Notes: a model not told the origin generated them from the sequence alone. Shown: positions 1-8,630, counted from the stretch's first letter. The stretch is 64,000 nt of DNA from Patescibacteria group bacterium (GCA_041662585.1 JBAZSG010000005.1:4181-68180); one strand, 5' to 3'. Translations and numbers: made by a program.

Positions 1-1457
1 TTAGTAAAGAAGGTTTTAAGATAGAAGTTGGGCTAGTTGATCCTACCAATTTTAAGGCTACAGAAGCGTTGAATTATCTGGCTCGTAAAAAAAACTTTCA
101 GGTTAAGTATTATATTATTTCAGAAGACAGCTATCGCTCCGCTTCCAAGCAATATGAAACTTTGGGTGAAGAAGTTGGTGAAGCTTTGGATACGGCCGAA
201 GCTATCTTTGCTCCCAAGGAAAAAGATTTTGATTTAGAAGGGGATATCGGAGAAGTGGTAAAAAGTGCTCCGGTTTCTAAAATAGTTTCCGTAATTCTTC
301 GTCATGCCATAGAAGGCCGTGCTTCTGATATTCATATTGAGCCAGTAAACAATCAATCAAAAGTCAGATACAGGATTGACGGTGTACTTCATACCACCAT
401 AGTCTTACCTTTATATGTACATGCCGCTCTTATTTCTAGAATCAAAGTAATGGCCAATTTAAAAATTGATGAAACTAGGATTCCTCAAGACGGTCGTATT
501 CGTATCAAAGTACACAACAAAGATATTGATTTTCGTATTTCTACCATACCTTTGATGGGACAAGAAAAAGTAGTAATGCGTATTTTGGAAACACCAGACA
601 AAGCGCCTACTTTTTCAGACCTTGGTTTTTTGGGTTTACAGCTCAAAGTTATAGAAAGAAACGTACACAAGCCAAATGGTATGTTTTTGTTGACTGGACC
701 AACTGGTTCTGGTAAATCCACTACCTTGTTTGCTTTTTTGTCATTTTTGAACAAAGAAGACATAAACATTTCTACTTTAGAAGATCCGGTAGAGTATTAT
801 ATTCCAGGAGTAAATCAATCACAGATTAGACCAGAAGTAAATTTTACATTTGCCACTGGACTTAGAGCTTTGCTTCGTCAGGATCCAGATATTATCATGG
901 TGGGTGAGATTCGTGACAATGAAACTGCTGAGCTAGCTATTCACGCTGGTTTGACTGGTCACTCAGTCTTGACCACACTCCATACCAATAGTGCTGTAGG
1001 AGCTATCCCTAGACTTTTTGATATGAAAGTAGAGCCATTTTTGTTGGCTAGTACTCTCAATGCCGTAGTAGCTCAAAGACTAGTTAGAAAAATATGTGAA
1101 AAATGCAAAGCAGAGGATAAGTTGCCTCATGAGGTAGAAGTATTGTTGAAACAACACTTAAATTCTATCCCCAAAGAAGCTTTTTATGGGGACATAAATG
1201 TAGATTCATTCAAGTTTTATAAAGGCAAAGGTTGTGCCAATTGTGGGCAGACTGGTTATAAAGGAAGACTTTCTATAGCTGAAGCCATTCATGTTACTAG
1301 AAGTCTCAAAGATATTATAGCCAAAGGTTTTGATAGAGCTGAGGTAGATGCAGAACTAGCCAAACAAAAATTTATCACTATGGAACAAGATGGTATTATA
1401 AAAGCCTTGCTGGGTATGACCACAGTAGAAGAAATAATGAGAGTTTCAAAAATGTAA
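1..1457 (+). CDS. pilB: Type IV pilus assembly ATPase PilB/GspE family, 5'-partial (frame open to the window start)
   Basis: The N-terminal GSPII_E_N-like region continues upstream of the listed ORF start. Walker A GPTGSGKST, Asp box DPDIIMVGEIRDNETA and His box TGHSVLTTLHTNSA are intact. A C-terminal tetracysteine zinc motif is present (CEKCK...CANCGQTG). Confidence 0.85.
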   Translation, partial: SKEGFKIEVGLVDPTNFKATEALNYLARKKNFQVKYYIISEDSYRSASKQYETLGEEVGEALDTAEAIFAPKEKDFDLEGDIGEVVKSAPVSKIVSVILRHAIEGRASDIHIEPVNNQSKVRYRIDGVLHTTIVLPLYVHAALISRIKVMANLKIDETRIPQDGRIRIKVHNKDIDFRISTIPLMGQEKVVMRILETPDKAPTFSDLGFLGLQLKVIERNVHKPNGMFLLTGPTGSGKSTTLFAFLSFLNKEDINISTLEDPVEYYIPGVNQSQIRPEVNFTFATGLRALLRQDPDIIMVGEIRDNETAELAIHAGLTGHSVLTTLHTNSAVGAIPRLFDMKVEPFLLASTLNAVVAQRLVRKICEKCKAEDKLPHEVEVLLKQHLNSIPKEAFYGDINVDSFKFYKGKGCANCGQTGYKGRLSIAEAIHVTRSLKDIIAKGFDRAEVDAELAKQKFITMEQDGIIKALLGMTTVEEIMRVSKM

Positions 1458-1484
1458 TAATAAAAATATTAATATATAAAATAT

Positions 1485-1868
1485 ATGGAGGACAAAAAAA
1501 TACTAATTGTTGAGGATGATGATTTTTTGCTACAAATGTATTCTACCAAGTTGGAATTAGAAGGTTTTAAGGTCTTTGAGGCAATCAATGGTTTACAAGG
1601 TTTGAAAATTGCTCAAAAAGAAAAACCAGATCTTATATTATTGGATCTCAATTTACCGGAGCTCAGTGGTTTTGAAGTGCTCAGTCAATTGAAAAGAGAA
1701 GATGATACCAAAGGTATAAAAGTTTTGATTCTTACCAATTATTCTCAAAAGGAGGATATAGATCGTTGTCTGGATTTGGGAGCTGATGATTATTTAATCA
1801 AGGCACATTTTGTACCATCGGAGGTTATTGCCAAAATAAAAGTAATATTAGAAGGAAAACAAGCATAA
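1485..1868 (+). CDS. Stand-alone CheY-like response regulator receiver domain
   Basis: 127 aa. Acidic pocket at IVEDDD, phospho-acceptor Asp in LILLDLNLPE, and a conserved Lys near DDYLIKA. The gene sits between pilB and pilT. Confidence 0.8.
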   Translation: MEDKKILIVEDDDFLLQMYSTKLELEGFKVFEAINGLQGLKIAQKEKPDLILLDLNLPELSGFEVLSQLKREDDTKGIKVLILTNYSQKEDIDRCLDLGADDYLIKAHFVPSEVIAKIKVILEGKQA

Positions 1869-1872
1869 AGCT

Positions 1873-2925
1873 ATGTCAGATACATTAATTATAAATGATA
1901 TATTAAACGCTGCTGCTGAGCGCAAGGCTACCGATATACATCTGGTAGCTGGTAGCAACCCAGTTATTCGGGTTGATGGACGACTAGTGACTTTGGTTGA
2001 TCAAGCTATTTTGACTGGCGATATATTGGCAGCTTTGGCTGAGTCGTTTTTGAATAAAGAAAATTTTGATAAATTGAGCAAAGAAAAAGAAGTGGTAGCT
2101 ATATATAATTGGGCTGATCGCAATCGTTATCGAGCCAAAATATTTTATCAAAAAGGTTTTTTGGCTATTTCTCTTCGTCTGATAGCACCATTTATTAGAG
2201 CTCCAAAAGATTTGGGAATACCCTCATCTATATTGCAACTTCTCAACCGAGAAAAAGGTTTGATTATTATCACTGGTCCTTTTGGTAGTGGGCGTACATC
2301 TACAGCAGCCTCTTTGATAGAAGCACTCAATCAAAACAAAGGCTTGCATATCCAAACTTTAGAAAAACCACTTGAATATTTATTTTCCAACAATCAATCA
2401 GTGATTGAACAGAGAAATGTAGGCACGGATGTAAATACCTTTGTTACTGGTCTTAAAAATATGTTGGACGAAGATATAGATGTAGTGTTTGTAGATTCTG
2501 CTCACGAAGAAGGTGTGGAAGATATTATTTTGGAGCTAGCTGAAAGTGGTAAACTGGTAATATTTATTATGGATGCTGACTCAGTAGAATCAGCGCTAGA
2601 CAGATTTATTTCAAATCTTTCATTGGACAAAAAAAACTGGGGAATAGAAGTATTGGCCGATGTATTACTGGGAGCCATGGCTCAGCGTCTGATGTCTAGA
2701 GTCGGAGGAGGTCTGACGATGGCTTCAGAAGTATTGATCAATAATCCAGCTGTGCGTAGCTCCATAAAAAGTAACAAGCTATCACAGCTCAATAGTATTA
2801 TGCAGACTTCCAAAGATGAAGGTATGTCATCTTTGGACAAAGCTTTATTAGAGCTAGTCAGGATAGGCGACATAAGTATGACTGATGCTAGAAATCAAGC
2901 CGTTGATTCAAATATTTTTAAATAA
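1873..2925 (+). CDS. PilT-like twitching-motility ATPase homologue with degenerate catalytic motifs
   Basis: PilT family fold and length. Walker A reads GPFGSGRTST (Lys replaced by Arg). The Walker B/Asp box reads DVVFVDSAHEEG, with the catalytic Glu of GEMRD absent. The His box reads SGKLV (His replaced by Lys). Confidence 0.7.
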   Translation: MSDTLIINDILNAAAERKATDIHLVAGSNPVIRVDGRLVTLVDQAILTGDILAALAESFLNKENFDKLSKEKEVVAIYNWADRNRYRAKIFYQKGFLAISLRLIAPFIRAPKDLGIPSSILQLLNREKGLIIITGPFGSGRTSTAASLIEALNQNKGLHIQTLEKPLEYLFSNNQSVIEQRNVGTDVNTFVTGLKNMLDEDIDVVFVDSAHEEGVEDIILELAESGKLVIFIMDADSVESALDRFISNLSLDKKNWGIEVLADVLLGAMAQRLMSRVGGGLTMASEVLINNPAVRSSIKSNKLSQLNSIMQTSKDEGMSSLDKALLELVRIGDISMTDARNQAVDSNIFK

Positions 2926-2934
2926 TACCCCTTT

Positions 2935-4143
2935 ATGGCAATATATAAATATAAAGCAAGAACCAGTGAAGGCCGGGCTACAGATGGTGCTGTAGAGGCC
3001 ATCACTGAAGATGATGCAGCAGAATTATTGGCTGAAAAAGGCTTGATTCTTTTGTCACTTACAGAAATTGCCAAAAAAGAAAGTAAAGGTTGGAATATAA
3101 ATATTGGTAAAATCAAGCACAAAGATATAGTAATATTTTCACGTCAGCTATCAGTGATGATATCGGCTACTGTACCGATAGTACAGTCACTGAGGATATT
3201 GGCTCAGCAAACAGTCAATCCAATGTTTATCGACAAGATAATAGAAATGGCCAATGATGTAGATGGTGGTATGAGATTTTCTAGTGCTTTGGCCAAGCAC
3301 AATAAGGTTTTTAGTAATTTTTATGTAGCTATGACCAAGAGTGGTGAGACCTCTGGTAAATTGGATGAAATATTACAATATTTGGCTGATCAGATGGAAA
3401 AGGATTATGACTTGGTCTCTCGTATTAAGGGCGCTATGATTTATCCGGTTTTTATCATTTCTTCTATGTTGGTGGTTGGTTTTTTGATGATGACTTTTGT
3501 GGTGCCACAAATGGTCAAGATGTTGGAAGAAACTGGCGCAGAGTTGCCATTGGTTACTAGGGTTTTGGTGAGTGTTTCTAGTTTTATGAATTCTTATTGG
3601 TATATTATTATTATACTTTTTGGATTATTGGTTTTTATGCTCAAGCTTTGGTTAAAATCTACAGTTGGTAAGCTGGCTTGGGACAATCTTAAAATACAAA
3701 TTCCAATTTTTGGTAATCTTTTCAAAAAAGTTTATATCGTACGCTTTACTCGTTCTCTTACTACCCTTATCAAGGGTGGTGTGCCTATTTCTTCAGCTTT
3801 GAATATCACAGCCGAAGTAGTGGACAACAGTGTGTATGAGAAATTGATATTGGATACCGTCGCTGAGGTAGAGGGTGGAAATTCTATTTCTACTTTATTT
3901 GTCAATTCCAAAGCTATGCCCAAAATGCTTTCACAGATGATGGTCATTGGTGAAAAAACCGGTAAGCTGGATACAGTGTTAGAAAAATTGAGTGATTTTT
4001 ATAGTCGCGAAATTGATAATTTAGTAGAAGGATTGACGGCACTTATTGAGCCTTTGATTCTTATCGTTATGGGTGTGGGAGTAGGTGGTATGGTGGCCGC
4101 TATTATGTTGCCGATGTTTAAAGTTGCTCAAAGTATTAGTTAA
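2935..4143 (+). CDS. pilC: Type IV pilus inner-membrane platform protein PilC (GspF family)
   Basis: 402 aa with duplicated GspF-like domains and three TM segments. Typical position after the pilB/pilT genes. Confidence 0.85.
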   Translation: MAIYKYKARTSEGRATDGAVEAITEDDAAELLAEKGLILLSLTEIAKKESKGWNINIGKIKHKDIVIFSRQLSVMISATVPIVQSLRILAQQTVNPMFIDKIIEMANDVDGGMRFSSALAKHNKVFSNFYVAMTKSGETSGKLDEILQYLADQMEKDYDLVSRIKGAMIYPVFIISSMLVVGFLMMTFVVPQMVKMLEETGAELPLVTRVLVSVSSFMNSYWYIIIILFGLLVFMLKLWLKSTVGKLAWDNLKIQIPIFGNLFKKVYIVRFTRSLTTLIKGGVPISSALNITAEVVDNSVYEKLILDTVAEVEGGNSISTLFVNSKAMPKMLSQMMVIGEKTGKLDTVLEKLSDFYSREIDNLVEGLTALIEPLILIVMGVGVGGMVAAIMLPMFKVAQSIS

Positions 4144-4167
4144 AAGATTGTTGAAAATCAAAAAAAA

Positions 4168-4176
4168 TGATATAAT
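4168..4176 (+). promoter_or_regulatory. Extended -10 promoter element TGaTATAAT upstream of the major pilin gene
   Basis: Sequence tgatataat. A ~130-nt leader with RBS GGAGG lies just before the ATG at 4310. Confidence 0.4.
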
Positions 4177-4309
4177 GAAGATGTTCTTTTTTTAAAATAA
4201 AAATATTAAATATCCTAGCAGATTTCTATTTGAAGATTAAAACCTCAGGGATCTCAGGCTTTAATTAGCCAATAGAATTTGCTAAAGTGGAAGGAGGTGA
4301 AAATAGAAA

Positions 4310-4729
4310 ATGAAAAATAATAAAGGTTTTACTTTAGTTGAGCTATTGGTAGTTATTGCCATCATTGGTATTTTATCTACTGTAGCTGTAGTAAACTTAA
4401 ATTCAGCTCGTGATAAGGCTAGAACAGCCGCTGCGCAAGCTTGGGGTTCTGGTTTAGCCCCATTAGTAGTGCTTTGTGGTGATGAGGTTTCAGGTGTATT
4501 GACTGATCCTATGGTACTTGGTGTTTATACACCAGGTGAGTTTTGTAATCCAGCTATAAGTGCTACTTGGCCAGGTGCATTACCTTCAGGCTATACAACT
4601 ATAGGTCTTGATTCCAATAGTCCTACTACTGGAGCTTGGGAAATAGATATAAGTGGTGCATCAGTAAATTGTGTTGAATGTGATCAAAATAGTTGTGTTG
4701 ATGCTGGAGCAGTTGCTTGTGCTGATTAA
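4310..4729 (+). CDS. pilA: Type IV major pilin (prepilin with class III signal peptide)
   Basis: The N-terminus MKNNKG|FTLVELLVVIAIIGIL has the G/F cleavage site and Glu+5. SARDKART follows, and the C-terminus is Cys-rich. 139 aa. Confidence 0.8.
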   Translation: MKNNKGFTLVELLVVIAIIGILSTVAVVNLNSARDKARTAAAQAWGSGLAPLVVLCGDEVSGVLTDPMVLGVYTPGEFCNPAISATWPGALPSGYTTIGLDSNSPTTGAWEIDISGASVNCVECDQNSCVDAGAVACAD

Positions 4730-4759
4730 ATAGAAATTTATTTAAATTCAATTTTAAAA

Positions 4760-4787
4760 AACCTTCTTAATAGAGGGTTTTTTAATT
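4760..4787 (+). terminator. Rho-independent terminator after the pilin gene
   Basis: aaaaaCCTTCTtaatAGAGGGtttttt. The stem is 6 bp with one G.U pair and is followed by a T-tract. Confidence 0.45.
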
Positions 4788-4805
4788 TTGTGCTATAATA
4801 TTTAT

Positions 4806-5240
4806 ATGAAATTATTTGATTATTCTATCAAAATAAAAGTTGCTTTGATTGCTATATTTATTATATTAGTTGTAGTTTTGATTTTTTTGATAAATTACAA
4901 TTATAGTCGTGGTCGTGATTTAAAGAGAGTTTCTCAAGTCAGAGAAATAGCTACAGCTATGGAGCGTTATTTTGACAAAACTCGTACTTATCCAGAAACA
5001 GCTAAAATCAATTTATCAACTATCAATTTTATAAGCGAAAATGGTATCAACCAAACTGGTGAATATTTGTATTTTAAAGCAAGCAACAGAGAAATAGACG
5101 GCACCTTGGTATCTTCTCTTGATCGTTATGTGATAGAATTTCCTTTGGATAATTCTTGGGATTTATGGGGAGTGACTAGTAGTGATGGAGGCACTTGTCG
5201 TCTTTCCAATTATTTGGAGATGCTTTGTAAATCTAAATAA
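4806..5240 (+). CDS. Pilin-like protein with an N-terminal membrane anchor but no prepilin-peptidase motif
   Basis: A TM helix is followed by SRGRDLKRVSQVREIATAMERYF, which resembles the pilin alpha1-C region. There is no Gly-Phe...Glu+5 cleavage site. An extended -10 box (tgtgctataat, 4788-4798) lies immediately upstream, so the true start is probably the ATG at 4806. Confidence 0.5.
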   Translation: MKLFDYSIKIKVALIAIFIILVVVLIFLINYNYSRGRDLKRVSQVREIATAMERYFDKTRTYPETAKINLSTINFISENGINQTGEYLYFKASNREIDGTLVSSLDRYVIEFPLDNSWDLWGVTSSDGGTCRLSNYLEMLCKSK

Positions 5241-5336
5241 AATTTGACAATTTGAATATTAGAGAGTAATTTTTAGTTAGAAGAAGAAAAGCGAAAGCGA
5301 GAGTTTTAAGATTATGGTTAGTTTTTTTGTGTTTAG

Positions 5337-5666
5337 AAAATTAAATTTTATTTTTATGAAAGAGAGATTTGGTATGCTAGTTTAGGAGAAAATATTGGTT
5401 TTGAACAAAACGGTAAAAATACATGTTTTGAAAGACCAGTGCTTGTTTTAAAAAAATTTAATAAAAATTTACTTTGGGTTTTGCCACTTACTAGTCAGTC
5501 GAAAACAGGAAATTATTATCACCAATTTGAATTTAATGGAAAATTTAGTTTTATTATTTTAGTGCAGTTGAGGGTTATTAGTAGCAAAAGATTGATAAGA
5601 AAAATAGGGACATTGTCTGTAGATAATTTTAATGAGGTAAGAAAAAAAGTAAAAACTTTGTTATAA
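5337..5666 (+). pseudogene. MazF/PemK-family toxin homologue lacking a canonical start codon (possible frameshift or decay)
   Basis: The in-frame translation EREIWYASLGENIGFEQNGKNTCFERPVLVLKKFNKNLLWVLPLTSQSK...RLIRKIGTLSVDNFNEVRKKV matches MazF/PemK (IW...G.EQ.G.RP.LV...PITS...R.G.L). No ATG/GTG/TTG lies between the upstream TAG and the conserved block. The only nearby ATG (5356) is in the +1 frame. No adjacent antitoxin ORF is visible. Confidence 0.55.
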
Positions 5667-5671
5667 AAAAC

Positions 5672-5698
5672 GACCTCCATCAAATGATGGAGGTCTCG
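5672..5698. other. Perfect 11-bp hairpin GACCTCCATCA-aat-TGATGGAGGTC
   Basis: A direct inverted repeat sits right after the mazF-like stop. The T-tract is on the minus-strand side only. Confidence 0.4.
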
Positions 5699-5835
5699 GA
5701 GGCCGAAGCCCATTTGATTACAATATAACACAATGTTATTCACAAGTCAAATTAAATTATTTTTTTAATTATTTAATATAATTTTTAACCTTAATATAGC
5801 CAAATTACCACAAAATATGCTATAATAAAGCTACT

Positions 5836-6615
5836 ATGATTGTAGCTTTTGTGTTTATTTTGGGGCTTTTTATTGGTAGCTTCTTAAATGTAGTTATTTT
5901 GCGTTTGCATCGGCAAGAATCTTTTATCAAAGGAGCTTCCAAATGTCTTTTTTGCAAACATAGACTATATCCCAAGGATTTAGTTCCTTTGTTTAGTTTT
6001 TTGTTTTTACAAGGGCGTTGTCGTTATTGTAAAAAAAGATTTTCTCAGCAATATCCTTTGGTGGAGTTAGCTACTGGCTTGGCTTTTGTTTTGGTTTTTT
6101 TGAAGGTGATTCCTAGTTTGGATTTGACCTCAATCTCAGCTTTACAATTTTTGCATTTATTGGATTGGTGGATGATTGTCGGGTTTTTGATTATTATTTT
6201 TGTTTATGATCTCAAATATTATTTAATATTGGACAAAGTGGTTTGGCCAGCAATTGTTTTGGCTTTTTTTGCCAATTTATTTTTGGGATTTTCTATACTC
6301 AATTTAGTCTTGGCAGCGGTGATTGGTGGGGGATTTTTCTTATTGCAATTTGTCATGTCCAAAGGACGGTGGATAGGCGGAGGAGATATACGCTTGGGAG
6401 TATTTATGGGTGTTATTTTGGGTTGGCCACATATTTTGACAGCCTTGTTTATTTCTTATATTTTAGGCAGTTTTATTAGTATATTTTTGCTTTTGGGCAA
6501 GCGTAAAGAATGGGGTGATAAGGTGCCTTTTGGTACTTTTTTGGCTTTGGGTACTTTTGTGACTATGCTATGGGGGTCAGCTCTAATGAAAGGCTATTTA
6601 GCTTTGTTTTATTAA
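5836..6615 (+). CDS. pilD: Prepilin peptidase PilD (A24 family)
   Basis: N-terminal CxxC...CxxC zinc motif (CLFCKHRL...CRYCKK). Polytopic membrane protein with the GGGDIRLG active-site region. A TGcTATAAT box lies at 5818-5826. Confidence 0.85.
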   Translation: MIVAFVFILGLFIGSFLNVVILRLHRQESFIKGASKCLFCKHRLYPKDLVPLFSFLFLQGRCRYCKKRFSQQYPLVELATGLAFVLVFLKVIPSLDLTSISALQFLHLLDWWMIVGFLIIIFVYDLKYYLILDKVVWPAIVLAFFANLFLGFSILNLVLAAVIGGGFFLLQFVMSKGRWIGGGDIRLGVFMGVILGWPHILTALFISYILGSFISIFLLLGKRKEWGDKVPFGTFLALGTFVTMLWGSALMKGYLALFY

Positions 6616-6648
6616 CTATATAATTAATATAATTATTAATATAAAAAT

Positions 6649-7926
6649 ATGTTTAAAAAAATATTTTTTGTTAAACAACTTGACTCAAGTATAAAGAGTA
6701 AAGTTGGATTTACAATAATAGAGCTACTGTTGGTAGTGGCAGTTACGGCCATTATCACAGTGGTATCAGTAGCCTATATCAAAGGTGATGATACTGACGA
6801 TGTAGATTTGGCAGCTGGTCAATTGTTGTCAGATGTTCGTGAGCTTAGAAGCCTAGCTGCCTCTCATCAAGCTTTTGATTTTGATGGTCCTATTGGCATA
6901 CAGCCAGCTGTTTATCCAGCCGGTGGCTATGGTATAACCTTTAGTGGTGGAAACAGTTATAGACTTTTTGCTGATTCAGGAGCAACAGCTGGTTATGATG
7001 CTGCAGATGGTACTATCAGAGTAGTCACTTTAGACAACACTTCATTACATGTAGAAGGTTTACAGAGTAGTGGTACTAGTGGCGGAGAGACTAAATATTT
7101 TACTTTTAAATCAGAAAATGACGCAAGTACAAATTTGGTAGCCAATGCAGCTGGTAGATATGAAATGGCTATTATTTATTCAGATATAACGCCTGCTTAT
7201 GTAGGTAAACTTTCTTTGGGAGAAAATTCAACTGATGGGAGCATAATTGTAAGTTTGGGAGTTGGTTTTGCTTCTGTTGAAATTGCTTGTGCTGAGCTTG
7301 GTGCTTCTTGTGGTGGATCAATAGAATGTTGCGGCGTTTTAGATACTTGTAATCCGGTAACGCACAAATGTACAGCTCCTACTCCTCCTCCTGGTGGCGG
7401 TACAATACTTAGTTGTTTTCCAGCTGGAACAAAAATTTTGATGGCTGATAATTCATCAAAAAACATTGAAGATGTTCAAATAGGTGATTTTGTTTTGAGC
7501 TATGATGAAAAATTGGGAGTGGAAGTTGTAGCTGAAGTCTTGGAATTGGCTGCTCCAGTCAGAGAACATATGTGTGAGATTACTTTTGCTGATGATGATT
7601 CTCTTAAACTGACAAATGAACACCCTGTCTACACTACAGATGGTTGGAAATCTATCAATCCAGAAGAAACTTACAAAGAAAATGATGATTTTGTGGTTGA
7701 AAGATTGCTACTCGGCGATGAAGTCTTTTTTGTCAACGAGCTATACAAAGTAGTCAAAGGCATAAACTGTTGGCAAGAAGAAGGAATACAAACATACAAT
7801 CTAAAGAGTGTTAAAGACTCTAGTACATTTTTTGCTGATGATATTTTGGTTCATAATGTAGCAAATCCTGATTGTGGTACACCGGCTACCAGAGATCCAG
7901 CTGCAGCCGCTGGAGCGCTTAATTAA
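6649..7926 (+). CDS. Prepilin-type (pseudopilin-like) protein with a C-terminal Hint/BIL (Hedgehog-intein-like) autoprocessing domain
   Basis: Class III signal SKVG|FTIIELLLVVAV. A Cys-rich knot and a PTPPPGGG linker precede the Hint domain. Hint blocks are block A CFPAGTKILMADNS, block B LTNEHPVYTTDGW (TxxH), block F TYNLKSVKDSSTFFADD, and block G ILVHN. The +1 residue is Val, so it is not a canonical intein. Confidence 0.75.
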   Translation: MFKKIFFVKQLDSSIKSKVGFTIIELLLVVAVTAIITVVSVAYIKGDDTDDVDLAAGQLLSDVRELRSLAASHQAFDFDGPIGIQPAVYPAGGYGITFSGGNSYRLFADSGATAGYDAADGTIRVVTLDNTSLHVEGLQSSGTSGGETKYFTFKSENDASTNLVANAAGRYEMAIIYSDITPAYVGKLSLGENSTDGSIIVSLGVGFASVEIACAELGASCGGSIECCGVLDTCNPVTHKCTAPTPPPGGGTILSCFPAGTKILMADNSSKNIEDVQIGDFVLSYDEKLGVEVVAEVLELAAPVREHMCEITFADDDSLKLTNEHPVYTTDGWKSINPEETYKENDDFVVERLLLGDEVFFVNELYKVVKGINCWQEEGIQTYNLKSVKDSSTFFADDILVHNVANPDCGTPATRDPAAAAGALN

Positions 7927-7943
7927 AAATAATAAATAGCTTA

Positions 7944-8630
7944 TTGATTGTGTTAGACAATAATAACCAACAAAAAAATTTCCAGCATCATTTGAGAAGA
8001 AAAAATGATGCTGGATTTACTTTGATAGAATTGCTTATAGCTATTGCAGTTTTTACGATTGGGCTTTTAGGGTCTATTGGTTTGGCTACTTCAAATTATA
8101 GTAATTCTCAAGACAATTTAGATAAGACATTGGCTGTCAATTTGGCTCAAGAGGGTCTAGAGCTTATCCGAAATGTTCGTGATAGCAATTGGCTGAAAAT
8201 AGAAGCCAATCAAGAAGTAATTGTTGGAGGAGTCTTTGATCCATATACTTGGGATAGTGCTTTGTCAGGCAATAATTATGTATATATAGATTATGATGAT
8301 GTTGCGCCATCGGCTTTCCCTCTCGCTTGTGGTGGAACTCTTAAATCATGTGTAGAAAATTGTCCAAATTGTCAGTTGTATACATATCTAGCTAATGGTT
8401 ATTATAGTCATGATAATACAGACAGCGTGCCAACCAAATATTCTAGAGGTTTTAGACTACATAAAATATGTTTGAGTGCAGATGGGCTTACTGAGTCTTT
8501 GGTAGATGCTAGTGGTGTTTGTCCTGGTACGCATATCGGTTTTCAAGTGACTTCTCATGTTCAATGGCCAGACAATGGTCAAACAAAATTTATAGAAGTA
8601 AGCGATTATATATATAATTGGAGAAGGTAA
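7944..8630 (+). CDS. Minor pilin / pseudopilin (prepilin-type N-terminus)
   Basis: NDAG|FTLIELLIAIAVF class III signal with Glu+5. 228 aa. Confidence 0.7.
   Translation: MIVLDNNNQQKNFQHHLRRKNDAGFTLIELLIAIAVFTIGLLGSIGLATSNYSNSQDNLDKTLAVNLAQEGLELIRNVRDSNWLKIEANQEVIVGGVFDPYTWDSALSGNNYVYIDYDDVAPSAFPLACGGTLKSCVENCPNCQLYTYLANGYYSHDNTDSVPTKYSRGFRLHKICLSADGLTESLVDASGVCPGTHIGFQVTSHVQWPDNGQTKFIEVSDYIYNWRR

Noticed and set aside
485-769. Minus-strand 94-aa ORF inside pilB
   Set aside because: It lies wholly within a well-supported conserved ATPase domain on the opposite strand.
5250-5340. Searched for a MazE/PemI antitoxin upstream of the MazF-like ORF
   Set aside because: Only a 23-codon low-complexity ORF (MVSFFVFRKLNF…) is present, and it does not resemble AbrB/SpoVT or RHH antitoxins.
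6649-7926. Considered calling the C-terminal Hint module a true splicing intein
   Set aside because: The residue after the terminal HN is Val (a nucleophile is required for splicing), and there is no conserved host-protein extein downstream. A BIL/Hedgehog-type Hint domain is the better fit.
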